DNA of 64,000 nt from NCBI GenBank assembly GCA_905178155.1, contig CAJINV010000002.1:9802650-9866649 (forward strand). The letters are read 5' to 3'. Below, piece by piece: positions 1 to 13,072 of this stretch. A program made the position numbers and the translations under genes. Positions within the stretch are counted from its first letter, which is position 1, and each line of letters begins with the position of its first letter. The notes under the pieces were generated by a model, which had not been told where the DNA came from, searched no databases, and was given only the letters and a program-made list of their open reading frames with translations. Origin of the DNA: Amoebophrya sp. A120. Lineage: Eukaryota; Protista; Dinoflagellata.

Positions 1-68
1 TTACAAGTCTTCCTGTCTTTGCAAATCTGCATTACAACTCTGGTGTGGGGACGTTTTTACTCAGGATA
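1..68. mobile_element. Introner, family B, right end only (in MSH2)
   Basis: Ends ctctggtgtggggacgtttttactcaggata. Confidence 0.85.
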
Positions 69-2722
69 GCTGATCAAGTGGCTGCGACAGCCGCTGACGG
101 ACGAAGTGGAAATCCTGAAGCGGCACGATTTGGTCGAGACGCTGGTGGAGAATCTGGATTTGCTGCAAATCGTGCAGAGAAGCTTAAAGCAGGTGGTCGA
201 CCTGGACCGCTTGATCCAGAAACTGCACCGCACGGCGGTCAACCCGGACGCCGCGAACGGGGCAAGTTTGGACGACTTGTACGCAATCTGGAGGTGTCTG
301 CAGAGTGCCCTGCATTTCATGGAAACGATTGACCAGGCAGTAGCAAAATATCTCTATTTTCTAGATATGATGCTTTGGTTTGTCTTTGTTCTCTTCATTT
401 TTCACGAAATCATGCTAGCTTTCGCTTCTGCTTTCTGAAGCTTAGGACGCCATCTGCATAGGATACATAGAGAATGAACTAGAGTAAAAACGATAACTCA
501 CTACGAGTATTGACCCGGCCTTGTCCAACGACCCCATACCACTTCTACCAGGGCCACGACAATGAGGACGGCCCGATGCGGGTGCATTTTCTGAACCCTT
601 TTGAGAAGGTGCTGCAGCAGTTTAGCAAGTTCATCCAGATGATCGAGACGACAGTGGACATGGAGACGGCGCACGACATCAAGAAGCGCGTCACGGTGAA
701 CCCGAACTTCGATCCCAAGTTCAAAGCGTTGCGCGCCGCGCAGGCGGAAATCTGCGCGAAGATGGACGCCTTCTGCCTGAAGGTTAGCGAATTTGTCGAT
801 CCGGGCAGCACCAACACGTCCGTCCCTGCAAACGCGTCGGCCAAAGCGAAGGCCAAAGCCAAGGCGACGGCCGCGGCGCTGCAGGACTCGGACGGCTCGC
901 GCTTGCCCGGCCCCGTCCAGCGCGTGGAGCACACGATTCGCGAGGAGAAGATTTGGGCCATGCGGGTGGTGAAGAAGTGGCACTCGAAACTGCAACAACA
1001 GAAGGAAAGGTACAGTTCCCTGTCGCTGAAGAAAGCCGAGTTCCTCTTCACCACCGCGGAAATGACAAAATGGAACGAGGAACTGAAGATCAAGGACACG
1101 GAGTACGAGCACGCGCAACAGGACCTGGTGAAACGGTGCTGCAAGATCGCGAGCACCTTTATCCCGCCACTGGAGAAATTTTCCGACCACCTGGCCACCA
1201 TTGACGTGCTGGCGGCGTTCGCGCTCGTCGCCACCTGCTCGCAGGCGGAATTCGTGCGGCCACGGTTGGTGTTGGAACACGAACTGGGGGAGGAAGCGAG
1301 TGCGAAAGGGACGTCGAGTGCTATGTTGAATCAGCAACGGAGGTTGAAACTTACTAAGTGCACGCACCCGCTCGTCCAAGAAAACGAGTCGACCGCCGCG
1401 TCGACTTTCGTTCCAAACGATTGCCACATGTGCTACGAGGAGGGCCGGTTCATCTGCATCACCGGGCCCAACATGGGTGGGAAGTCCACCTTTATCCGGC
1501 AGGTAGCGATCTCGGTGCTGCTGAACCAAATCGGGATGTACGTGCCCGCTGAGACCGCGGAAATGGTCGTTTTCAGTAGCATTTTTGCCCGCGTGGGCGC
1601 GAGCGACGCGCAATTGAAGGGTATTTCGACCTTCATGGCGGAAATGCTGGAATCCTCGACGATCCTGCAAGCCGCAGACGAGCGGTCGCTCGTGATTGTC
1701 GACGAGCTAGGGCGGGGAACAAGTACACAGGACGGCTATGGGCTGGCATACGCGATTGCAAAGTACTTTTTCTTTTTGTTGTGATACGACAGGGTCTGCT
1801 TTCGTTTATTCCGGCGTCTTCATGCATAATTTCAATTTCGCAGTGGCTCTTGTCTGCGTGGTACCGCACTTCTTGATAAAACGGAATACGAAAAGGTATT
1901 TGTGCGCGGAGAAGCAGTGCTTCACGCTTTTCGCCACCCACTTCCACGAGCTCGGGGAACTGCAGTACGAGCTGGGAGACGCTGTGCAGAACAAGCACGC
2001 CGTGGTATCCTGAGTAAAAACGTACCCACACCATAGTTGTCATGCAACTCTGCATGCTTAAAATGTTTCTCATGCGGAGCCCCATGAGAAGCATTCTCTA
2101 ATGCGATTTTGAAATTTGTCATGCTCCAATCAGCACGAGATACTAGATCTGTAATGCTGCAGCTAAACTAGCTCAAACAGCACTACACTACGCGGACAAA
2201 CTTGTCATGCCAAACAACCAAAGCTGGCTCGCTGATTTGTCTAGCAGATCCCCCATCCTGACTCTGGTGTGGGTACGTTTTTACTCAGGATACGTGGCAC
2301 TGGTTGAGGAAGAGAAATCAAAATCCACGTCAGCGGGCTCGTCTCCATCCTCAAAGCAAGCTGCGAAGCCGCAGTCTGGTATGATCAACACGAAACTGAC
2401 CTTCCTGTACGAGATGAAGCCGGGCGTGGCGGACCAGAGTTACGGGGTGCACGTCGCGAAGCTGGCCAAGTTCCCGGACGCGGCGGTGTCGTCGGCCAAG
2501 CGCACAGCGGATTTTTTGGAACGCCGAGCCAAGAAGAAGCTGAAGCTCGACCACTTTGCGGAGAACGACCACGTTGCTGGCGACGAACAGGAGGAGGCAG
2601 ACGACGGGAAGCTCACGAAGCTGCTGTCACTGTTCCAAGCCAGTACTGCAAACGAGTTTGCACAAAATCTCCTCAGCGGATACACAAAGGAACAATTCCT
2701 AGAAAAGGTTCTGGCGTTGTGA
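69..2722 (+). CDS. MSH2: DNA mismatch repair protein MSH2 (MutS homolog), 3' part; 5' end outside the window
   Basis: Motifs LIKWLRQPL, Walker A ITGPNMGGKSTFIRQ, FARVGASDAQLKGISTFMAEMLE, DELGRGTST, LFATHFHEL and DQSYGVHVAKLAKFP. Exons about 69-336, 552-1762, 1896-2005, 2298-2722. Introns: GC-AG 337-551, GT-AG 1763-1895, TIR element 2006-2292. Confidence 0.92.
2006..2292. mobile_element. Introner, family B
   Basis: TIR tatcctgagtaaaaacgtacccacacc; DR CGTGG/CGTGG; restores KHAVALVEE. Confidence 0.95.
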
Positions 2723-3084
2723 TGTGATGGACTTTATTCTCAACAAAGGAAGCCGAGAAACACAAATGTACGACCTTCATCGCGCAAATTTAATGTGGCA
2801 AATAAGCTAGCATTTGAGTAAAGAAAAGTAAACCTTGTTTGCCCTGGGTGGTCTGAGTTCGGTTAGTGTTCACGTAAGCATGCGAATGCTGATTTGTCCG
2901 ACCACGGCCCTTTTGGAGCCGGAATCGCCGGTCGCTCTACCAGTCTAGGTCCGTGCCCGACTTTTATGTGTCTCGGTGTTCCTATCTTTTCTATGATACT
3001 TGCCAAGATCGGCGTCGCAGTGTAAAGTTTTCTCTCGCTGATGTGTTTTGTGCCCCTTCTTGCGCAATTTGATACAGCTTCAAG

Positions 3085-6000
3085 ATGTCCATCTCGGAGT
3101 CGGTAGTGTCATCTGCATTGTCGTCACAAACCCTTCCGCCACTCCCGCTCGCGCACGTGCGCAGCATGCCTCCGCAACGTCACCCATCGTTGCCCAGCAG
3201 GCCACGAAAAAATCGAATGCGCACCGCGGTTGCAAGTGGTGTAGTCAACTTTTGCTTGCTTGCCCAGCACCATCGCTTGCCTGCCAACGCGGCAGACCAG
3301 TCGCCGCACTGCCAGCACTGGGCCAAAACGGGGGAATGCAAAAACCGGCGAAAGTACATGTGGTCCGCGTGCCAAGACGCCTGTTCGGAGCACGCCCCGG
3401 ACACGCGCGACGAGGAGGGCGAAGACGAGCACAGCAGCGCGCCAACCTCCCTTGCGGGAGATGATGAAGGCGATGTTGGCGATCCGGAGAAGCAAGACAA
3501 GAACCCGCACTGCGCAGCGTGGGGAAAGGCGGGCGAGTGCACGAAAAGGAAGAAGTACATGTGGGCCAACTGTCGAGCTACGTGCGGGAAAATTCTCGGG
3601 GACACGACAGGTACGGAACAAACTGGAACCACGACCACACCCGCACCAGAAGTCGTGGAAAAAACGTCCACTACGCCGCCCCCGACACCGGTGGAAGAAG
3701 AGACGACAACGACGACGTCGACGACAGCAACTACTTCGGCCGAGACGACGACTTCTACTCCCACTACAAGTAGTACAACAAGCAGTACTACAACTGCAAG
3801 CACGACAGAAGCGGTTCCTTCCAGTACCACAGAATCCCCCCCGTCGTCATCCACATCCTCTTCGACAACGAGCACAGTAGAGACCACTTCCGCTCCCGAA
3901 GAAAAAGAGTCCGCGGCAACTGCCACTCCGCCTCCTGATGGCACAGAACAACCGGTGGGACGAACACCAATGCAGGAAAACGAAGAGCAGGAAGAGGCCA
4001 CGACAACCACCACCACCACCTCAACGACCACGACAACCGATCCCAGCGAGGAGATCATTCTCTCTCCCGTCGCGGACTACGCGAAAATGGAAAAACTTTC
4101 CGAAGAAGACTACAACTCGGACTTGAAAACGCACGAGCGCATGTACGAGGAGATTTTGGCAAAGCTGAACAAGGTGGAAACCCGGGATATCAAATGTAAA
4201 AATGTCTGGGTCTGGAAACTTGTAGTGCTAAAAATTAATGATAGCCGCACTGCAGTACGCAGCTATGCATGACAAATTTTTTGGCTGCCATGTCTTACGT
4301 ATTCCGCATGGCAAACTGCGTTTTTGCATGACAGGTAAGAGGGCTTCTTCGTGCCTATGCAACACAGATTCTCGAATCATGCCAGACAAGCATGACAAAC
4401 TTGCATTCTTCCAGACCCAGACACTTTTGCATTCGATACGGGACACGGACGACCTACTCGCGGCCGTGAATGCAAGTCTGAAGAGCGACGAAAGTGCGGA
4501 CGGCAGGAAAACGAGCGGGAGCAAGGTGAAGACGGGCCGGGAGCTACTCGACCAGCAGTTGAAAACCGTTCCGACAGTGAATCAGATGAGAACCAAATTC
4601 GCGAACATCAACGTATTATATAGAATCACTAGGCTGTTTTCAAAAACGTAGGAACGGCCCAATGGAGGTTCTGTTGCACGAACCCTTGTCTGAAAATACT
4701 AAGCCGCAACTGCGGCGCGCGCGAGCGGAATAAGTGAATCAAGCCTCGCCGTTTATTTCTATTTTCAGAAGTGTGCGCACACATGACACGTTTTGACTTC
4801 AACTTATCATCAGGCCCGCGCCGCACAATTCGAAGACAAGACCGATAGTCCTTTCGGCGGTGAGCTCGACGAGATGATCGCATATGGATTTTCTTCACTC
4901 GATATGGATTGCAAAAATGTCTGGGTCTGGAAGCTTGCAACTTGTCATGCTGTTTTTGGATTCTAGGAAAATTTGTATTGCATGACCAGCAAGAGGGGTC
5001 CAGTTTGTGCTACGCGGACAGGGCATTTCTCATGCGGAAGGCGCATCAGGAAGCCCTCTAAAAGTCTGTGATGCGAGGTCATGCATTACAGGCATCATGG
5101 GTCATGATAAATATGCATCACAAATCTCGGAATCTTCCAGACCCAGAGATTTTTGAAATCCATACTCGATGACACCGTTCAGAAAGGCGTGCAGAATCAC
5201 CTGCTTTGCTACGCCAAGGGTGTCGACGGAGAAGGCAGGTGCCGGATCATCAAGACGCATGCCGGTATGTACTTTTTTGTGCGCAATCGAAATCATGTTT
5301 TTGCTAGAAGATGCGCAGCTCCCCCCGCGTGTCCACTAAAATGATCCAAACTTCGTATACCAGGGCGTTCCCGCAACGAGCTTGTGAAGGGCGATAGCAC
5401 GCTGTTCGGCGTGGACAAAATCCGTAGTCTGATGCTGAAACCAATCGCGATGCCTGGTTTCTTCCTGTTGTGTCACGACAGCTCGGCGCAGCCTGGCTGC
5501 ATGATTTTGGAAGTCAAAAGCGCGCCGGCCCCCGCCAGTGCGGAGGGAAACGGTAAGAGGACAAGTAGAATTGCTACATACTTTGCGTAGAACTTCTACC
5601 TAGCTGTCGTCGTGGCTCTCAAGGAAAAGACAGCACCAACATGCGTGAAGCTTTTCTTTTTGCATGTTCTGACAATTAAACAATTCAATCCAGATCCACC
5701 CTCTAGCGACGTCGAGCCCTGGCCTCTGATCTCCTATCACACCCAGCCCCCGCAATCGCGGTTCCAATTGGCTGCTGCCACCGTTTCGAAACTCCTGTCT
5801 CTGATTGTAACCAGACCCCCCGTGCATACCGACCTGCGCGTCGCCCCCGCGGAGTTTGCCGTGTGCTACAAGACCATGAAAAACAAGTTTCAGTGTGATC
5901 AGGGCACTATCAAATGCAAAAGTGTCTGGGTCTGGAAGAATGCACACTTGTCATGCATATTTTGTATGATGATTGATGCCTCCAATGCATGATCTAGCAA

Positions 6001-6432
6001 CACAGATTTTTAGAGGGCTTCCTAATGCCTGTTCCGCATGAGAAATGCCCTCTCCGCGTAACACAAACTGGAGTCCTGTTGCTGGTCATGCAAAACAGAT
6101 TTTTTTGGAATCCAAAGACAGCATCACAAGTTGCAACCTTCCAGACCCAGACACTTTTGCAATCCATAGGCACGTTTGATGATCGCGACCCGCTGTCTCT
6201 GACGCGTCGCGGTGAGGAGGAGGTGGTGGTCGCGGGCGGGGTCACCGACGGGCCAGGTACTAGCAGCAGCAGCTCCTCCGATAATGTTGCCAACGCGGAT
6301 GCAACACTGACGCAGGATGAGAACACAATAGCTGCAGGAGACGAAATAAGATCTGCTAAAAATGCAAATCCTGCGGCTGATGATAGCGCAACGCCACCTC
6401 CGCCTCCACCGAAGAAAAAGGAGGAGCTGTAG
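3085..6432 (+). CDS. Secreted/ER protein with two ShKT-like domains, a Thr-rich mucin-like stalk and C-terminal KEEL
   Basis: DQSPHCQHWAKTGECKNRRKYMWSACQDAC and DKNPHCAAWGKAGECTKRKKYMWANCRATC; poly-Thr/Ser region 3600-4040. The frame is restored across elements 4188, 4903 and 5908 and across GT-AG introns (4613-4813, 5265-5363, about 5552-5693). Ends PKKKEEL*. Alternative start 3217. Confidence 0.7.
4188..4438. mobile_element. Introner, family A
   Basis: TIR tatcaaatgtaaaaatgtctgggtctggaa; DR CGGGA/CGGGA. Confidence 0.95.
4903..5164. mobile_element. Introner, family A
   Basis: TIR tatggattgcaaaaat; DR CTCGA/CTCGA. Confidence 0.95.
5908..6168. mobile_element. Introner, family A (opposite orientation to 4903)
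   Basis: DR GGCAC/GGCAC. Confidence 0.95.
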
Positions 6433-7795
6433 CTGTGCGGGAACGACGAGGAGGCAATCACTTGCTTTTAGCGCATTTTTCATCTTCGCAATCGCACTTC
6501 TTGACGTTGCCCTCGCCCTGCTGCATCATCACATTGCAGCTTCTGTCAGAGTGGACCCCGGGGACTCGCTGTCGTGGTGTTGGTGATCGGGGGAAAATCG
6601 TCCACGGCGGTGATGACAATCTAGTTGCACTTTTCGCCACAAGCAAAGGGTATTTACTCCTGAGATGTTCTAGTTCTTTCTCGCAGCTCCAGCTCAATTT
6701 ATGGCTGTTTCCCGATGTCGCCCACATCCTCCAAATAAAGTTCTTGAGCGATTTTTCGACCTGTCTTTAGGATGGTCGTTTTTACTACTGGAAATGAATA
6801 CTGCATTGTGTACTTCTGTGATTCATGTGTGAAACGAAGAAACGCAGCGGATTCTTAGAAGATGGAGATGCCTTTATGAACGAGTATGATTCTGGTTTTA
6901 ATGTGTGTTGAGAAAATAAAACCACAACCAAGGGAGAAAAATGGAAGAGATAGTTAGAACATTTAAACAAGATAGCAAACTACACGCAAGGGCCACTGGT
7001 GGGTAGGAGCCGATACTTTCCCCCACAAAGCGTACTGAAACCCAATTTTTGTTGGCGCATCTTGTTCAATATGTAACTCGTAAAATTGTGCGATGTTGTT
7101 TTTGTCTCATTGCAATTGGATCTGAAGCAACTCAGCCGACAAAGCATGTGCTTTGTTTCGAGGCAAAAACGCATCAATAAATACGAAAGAGACCTCCAGG
7201 CCAATAGGGCGGAGCGGCAGACTTCAATTGTCAGTAGGTGTGCCTGTGCTCTATGCAAAGACGAGATCGATAAAGAATTGACTTTGAATGCCGACTCTTC
7301 TGTGACTTTCAGTTGGTAGTTATTTCGGAGGATCTTGGAGATGGACGTTTAGTGTCTTTGAGCAAAGAGCAGGATCTACTTCTTCACAGACATGACCCGC
7401 ACAGCAGCACCTGTCTTGTTTATGCAAGGACATCTGTGGCCAGCCACGGTGGGGCTACGAGAGAGGAAGTGGCTAAATGGTTTTTTTTCTTCCGTACCTG
7501 TCAGGGACCGAGCAGAGAGCATTATAGCTATTTACATACAAACAACGGCTGTCGAGACCAAAGTCGAAGGCTTCAACAACTCCAAGCGGTGCAAAAGTTG
7601 AGCCGAGACATAGAGCCGCCCATCTGTCGCTCTCGGTTGAGTATCTATCTATCACATCCTTCTGTCACTACTTGTGCTTTTTCTACTTGATCTTCTTGTT
7701 CGATAAGCTGCTCAGCAGTGCGATGTTTATGTCTATCTGCTGCCGCCGATCTTCTTGTAATGTCTTAGTTTCTTGAACAAAAACAATATAAAATA

Positions 7796-10700
7796 ATGAG
7801 CAAAAAGTCAATATTTCAAATAGAACAAGAAGCGCGGAATGCGCCCCCACCCCCGCAAGAGAAGCAAGGCTTCGGAGGAGGCAAAGGCAACGCCTGCAAT
7901 CCCTCAGTCTTCGGCGACCTGAGCACGCTCGGGGTCGGTGGTGTCCCGTTTCCAGGACAGACACTACCTGCTGAGGAGCCTTACGCAGCTATCCTATGTA
8001 AAAACGTCCCCACACCAGAGTCAAGATACGGAATCGGCTAGACAAATCCACAAGTTTTGCCTGTTTTGCATAACAAGGCTCGACTCGTGATGTAGTGCTG
8101 TTTGGGCTACTTCAGCAGGATCACAGATCTAGTGCGTCATGCTGATTGGAGCATGACAAATTCCAAAGCACGACTGGAGAATGCTTCTCATGGGGCTTCG
8201 CATAAAGAAACATTGCCAGCATGCAGACTTGCATTAGAGCTATGGCGTGGGTACGTTTTTAAACACGATAGCAGCTGGTTTTGCGGGTCGGCGACGCAAA
8301 AAGCGAAATCGCGGATATCGGGGCGGACGGGGAGGCGGCTTCTATGGAGGGCAAAATCCGAATTGGGACCAGGCCCATGGCGACTGGTGGCAGGGTTACT
8401 ACGACTACGAGAATGATGACTATGACGGATTCGAAGACTACAACTACTACCAAAGTCACACACACGCCGCGCCTTTCCAGCCGTCGACTTCTGTCGCTGG
8501 AGGAAAACCAGGAGTAGGCTGGGCCAAGGGCGGACTGCCGCCTTCAGCTGCGCTCAAAGGCGTGGCTGTGGCCTCGCTACCCTTTCCCCCCGCTCCCCTT
8601 GCAGCTCCACCACGGAGCGAGACCAGCAATCACGGCGATGTTTCCTATCAAATGTAAAAATGTCTGGGTCTGGAAGAATGCAAGTTTGTCATGCTTGTCT
8701 GGCATGACTCGAGAATCTGTCATGGACATTACCAAAGAGCCCCACTTTTCCGTCATGCGGAAACGTACTTTGTCATGCAGAATAGGCAAAACCTAGAAGC
8801 TCAGAAACTTGTCATGCCGAGCCAGCAATTGTGGCCTCCTCATGATACGCCACACAGCATCACAAGTTTCCAGACCCAGACATTTTTACATTTGATATTT
8901 CAACTTCCACTACCATTTCCTTTTCCAAGAGCGCCGGGATCGGGAACGGGCTTGCAGGAAAGGCGGCGAGCTTCTGCGGGACAGGAAAGGAGGGGGAGAA
9001 CAAGCTCTGCGATAAGACCACGACAACCTGCGGGGCAGTGATCAACGAGGAGGGCAAGACCGGCGATCTTGCAGGCCCGGAAGTGCTGAAAGCGTCGCTC
9101 CGACAACATCATGCGGGCGGCACAGCTGCCAAGGACGACCAGTACAGTGAGGTCGGTTCCGACTCCGAGTTCTGGAAAGACGGCGGAGAAAAGAAAGAAA
9201 AACCCAACAACAAGGCCCCGGGCGAGCCGAGCAATGCCGCCGATGAGGCAGCGGCGAACACGGGCGACCGGCGCGCTGACCAGAAGAGTTCCGGCGAAGA
9301 GCAAGGAGCCGGAAGCGCAGCGGAGACAACGGCCGGCGCAACAGGCAGGAGGTTTATCTTCGGACGGCAAAACGTGCCTGCTTCCTCCGCGGCCCAGTCT
9401 GCTGCCGTGCAGCTGCGTGCCCAAGCCGTGCCGAAGGCAAAGGCCGGACGGAATGGCGCGCTCGGGGAAGCAGCCAAGGACGAGCCCAACATATTCGATG
9501 GAAAAGCGGCTTCCGTTTCTATTTGCTTCCGCCAAGGGAGTGGTCATGCGCTTTCTAGATTTATTCTATTTTGTATTTTTTGCAGCTCTTCGTGCTTGCA
9601 ATGACTACTCCTTCTAGCTATAGCGAGCCCGTGACAAGATGATCAAGAGGCCATTTTGTTTTTATGTTTTCACACATGCCATCAATCAAGCGTGGCTGGT
9701 CTTAGCGGGAGTGTTGTCGTACTATCTGCGGCATGAGTAGAATCACGACGCGCATTAAGTATCGGAAAGAAAAAAACTGCGAAGAACATGTAATGCTCTT
9801 CTAGACAAAGAAATCCATCGAAGCCGGCTTCGCATTGGATAAAAACAAGCCCCCAAGCTGCCAGCGGTCGCCCCGGGGATCGGCCGCTCGGGCCTCGGCC
9901 TGGCCCATCACGCCTACTTGTCCAAATACTCGAACATGGACGAGAAACCGGACCCAGGGCCGGCGAGCGGCCTTCAGCCTCCGGCCTCGACGATGCAGGG
10001 TGGCGGGCAGCGTCATGTGCGAGGCAAATTGCAGACCGAGCGGGACTATGCACGCAAACATGTCAGGGGGTGGAAACATGCAGACTTCTGATCTTTGCTT
10101 GCGTTTCAGATCACGAGAAAACCTGCCATGCCGCCCGGGAAGCTGAAAGACCAGCGGCGCACTTCTTTTTCCCAAAGTGGGGGCATTTGTCATGTGGGTT
10201 CTTAGATTGTTATTGCGAAATCTTCTCAACGACTGTAATGCTTGGGCTTGGATGCCAGACGAAACCTCGCTTCTGCACTCTTCCAGATCTTTCTGACATG
10301 TTTGCATTTGATAGGGTTGACAAGCTGGAGGAGCTACAACGGCGGGAACAGAAGCGAATCGAGCTCCTGGATGAGCGGTCGCATGGCGCGAAAGTCTCCC
10401 AGCAAATGAGAAAAAAGGTCGGCGGAAGAAACTACAGTCGGGGCGATATTTTATGCGTCGTGCAAATTTATATTGGTATCGTACAAGGAAGTCCCGCGCG
10501 TAGCTAGATAAAGTCCACTTCATAGCCATAGTTAAGCCCGTCGCTGCCCTGACAAAGACATCAAGCCTCAAAGCAGTTTGCATCGGGTGCAGAAGTACTT
10601 ATTTAAGTAGAGACCCCATCAGACAACTTAGGCTAAGTTTAACTATCGCAGGTCCACGTATGAAGTGTAGCACTGCTCTTGTACGATGTTGCCGCTTGTT

Positions 10701-13072
10701 TTGCTCAGGATAAAAACTCGAAGAGAAGGACGTGCACAGAAGCCGAGACGAGATCTCCGCCGCCGGGCGTGGTGCCGCCGCTGCGGCCGCCCTCAAGGGC
10801 AACAAGCTGAAAGAAGCCGAAAAAGCTGAAAGGCGCCGAAGCCGATCGTCCGAGGTCCGACGACCTGGTGCACCAGTGCCGCCGAGGAACAGCAACTGCA
10901 ACAGGGTGAAAGAAGCCGAGAAACCACGCCGCCAATCCGAGGTCCGGCGACCAGTGCCCCCGCCGGTAGCAGCTGCTTCTTCTACTTCCGGCAACCAGCG
11001 AAAGACACATAGGGAACGAAAAAAGTGTTACAGTTACGCACTAAGTTGTTGCAGAACGTGCAAGACAGACAACCTCTCTCATGTTGAAAAGGCATGCGAG
11101 CCTCGTTCCATACGTGTTTTCCACACTTACGATCTCTGCGTTGCAAGTCTTCTCTGTAAAGAAGAGCAAGTTTGTGTTGCTAAAGTTGCAACAAATGTGT
11201 AACTGTCAAACACTTTTTTCTTCGCATAAAACAAGCGAACGAGGAAGACCAGGTGGTGATCGCCTTCAAGAGGGTCACGGATCCCGATGGAACAGTGCGG
11301 GACCTACCGATCTACGGGCCCAAGAGCACCACGGCCCCCACGGCCAGCGGCGTGGACGTTTTGAAGAAGGAAGAGAAACAAGGCGATACTACCGGAAGAG
11401 GGGTGAGCAAGTCCTCGCGTGGAAAGACCAGAAGAGGAACGAGCAAGTCCCGCGGAAGGCGTTTGTGCGCAAGCCGCAGACGAAACGCTACAAGCGCCGC
11501 AAGAAGCAACAGCAACCGGCGCCAGCCGCTCCGCGACCGGGCGGGGTCGAAGGGTGTGCCGACCAAGGATTTGCTGACCAATTTGAAGCGGCACGAGTAC
11601 TATCAAATGTAAAAATGTCTGGGTCTGGAAAAGTGCAACTTGTGATGCTGCGTTTGGTTTTGGATTCCCGAAAAATCTGTATTGCATGAGTACCAAAAGG
11701 AATGTAATTTTTGCTACGCGGAGAGGGCGTTTGTCATGCGGAATATGCATCAAGAAGCTCTCAAAAAATCTGTAATGCTATGGCATGCATCACAGACATC
11801 AGGGCTCATGCAAAACGTGCATGACAAGTGTCAGAATCTTCCAGACCCAGACACTTTTACAGTTGACAAGTACAGTTCCCATGGGGCCGGCCCCTCTGCC
11901 GCAGCCGCAGGCCGCGATGATCATAAAGCGACTGGTAGACGAGCGCGATATCCTAGGGAAAAGCGTACCCATTCCACATTGTTTGTCTATGGTGTAAGTC
12001 CGCATGCACAGACTCACAGTTTGACAGTAGCGCACGCTATGACCAGGTGGCGAGGATGCGTCGCTCCATGAGACGCAGCTTTTATGTCGTAGTGTTTTTT
12101 TTTGCCTTGTGGTTGTCCTGCTCATGATGGAGTTGTCAGGACATCAGGAAAGCCAATTTCGAAAGAAGCTCGCTGGTGCACTGGCACCTATTTCGGACGA
12201 CATTGGAGACCCAAAGTTGTCATGCGAAATCACCGAAAGCCCAAGTAGCTTAGCTATTGGCTTGCGTACATTGCAGATAACCCATCTTGACTATGGGGCG
12301 GGTACGTTGGTTTTCCCCAGCATCAGCCAAGCAACATCAGAGACAGCCACTGGAAGAGGTCGAGAAGCCGCCGCTCTCGCTCGGCAGTGCGGCGATCGCA
12401 GTCGCGGGAGGCAGGCAAACGTGACCCAGCGCCGGCACGGGCAGCTGGAAAAAACCGAGGGAAGAGCGTGTGGAGAAAAGAAGACGCCTCGCCGCCACGA
12501 AAAAAGTCGAGAAGCAGGATTCGCAGGCCGCCCAGTGTGAGGAAAAAAGGTAAGTCCTGGAAAAGTGTGCGCAAGTTGCGCTGTGAGCTTTGTTCTTCGT
12601 GAGCGAAGCAAAGAAGGCCTCGGCTTCGTATTTATTTTCTCGCCCCTCTGTGATTATCATTGTGAAGAGGACTTATCAAGCAAACAAAGCAGTGCGCCCA
12701 CTTTTCCTTTTCATACGAGAAGACGCGAAGGCCTCCACGCTGGATCGGGGAAAGTCCGCGCGTCGCAAGAATAGATCGGCCAGGAGAAGCAGATCGGTAA
12801 GCAGCCGCAGTGTTCATCAGAGTAAACCTGAATTGCGTCAGCAAGGCCTCAGCCGCCGCCCCGAGTGCAAAGCCGAGGCCCCGAGTTGGTGGCTGGGGTT
12901 GATGGAAGGGTCGGGCCTCTTGCTTCAAGGGGTAGACGAAGCGCTGGCGGAGGGAGTAATGGAGTTCTCAGCGGACGCAGAGGCGTGGTTGGCGAGAGCA
13001 GTCGAAGCGAATTTGTGTCCAGACCGCCTGAACCTTATGGAGCAGGGTGGCTACGCAACTACATGTACATAA
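7796..13072 (+). CDS. Hypothetical low-complexity Gly/Arg/Ser-rich multi-exon protein (3' end and some junctions uncertain)
   Basis: Frames join after removing elements 7990 (EEPYAAGFAGRRR), 8646 (GDVSTSTT), 10047 (QTERDDKLEELQRRE), 11601 (LKRHEYSSHG) and 11949 (RARSNIRD). No recognisable domain; could be two genes. Confidence 0.45.
7990..8270. mobile_element. Introner, family B
   Basis: DR GCAGC/GCAGC. Confidence 0.93.
8646..8897. mobile_element. Introner, family A
   Basis: DR TTTCC/TTTCA. Confidence 0.93.
10047..10313. mobile_element. Introner, degenerate family A
   Basis: tatgcacgcaaacatgtcagggggtggaa ... ttccagatctttctgacatgtttgcatttgata; DR GGGAC/GGGTT; frame restored. Confidence 0.8.
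11601..11868. mobile_element. Introner, family A
   Basis: DR AGTAC/AGTAC; right end reads gaca. Confidence 0.93.
11949..12324. mobile_element. Introner, degenerate family B-like
   Basis: tatcctagggaaaagcgtaccc ... gggtacgttggttttccccagcatc; DR CGCGA/AGCCA; frame restored. Confidence 0.7.

Noticed and set aside
10697-10712. Family B-like right end (ttttgctcaggata)
   Set aside because: No matching left TIR or direct repeat giving the right frame was found.
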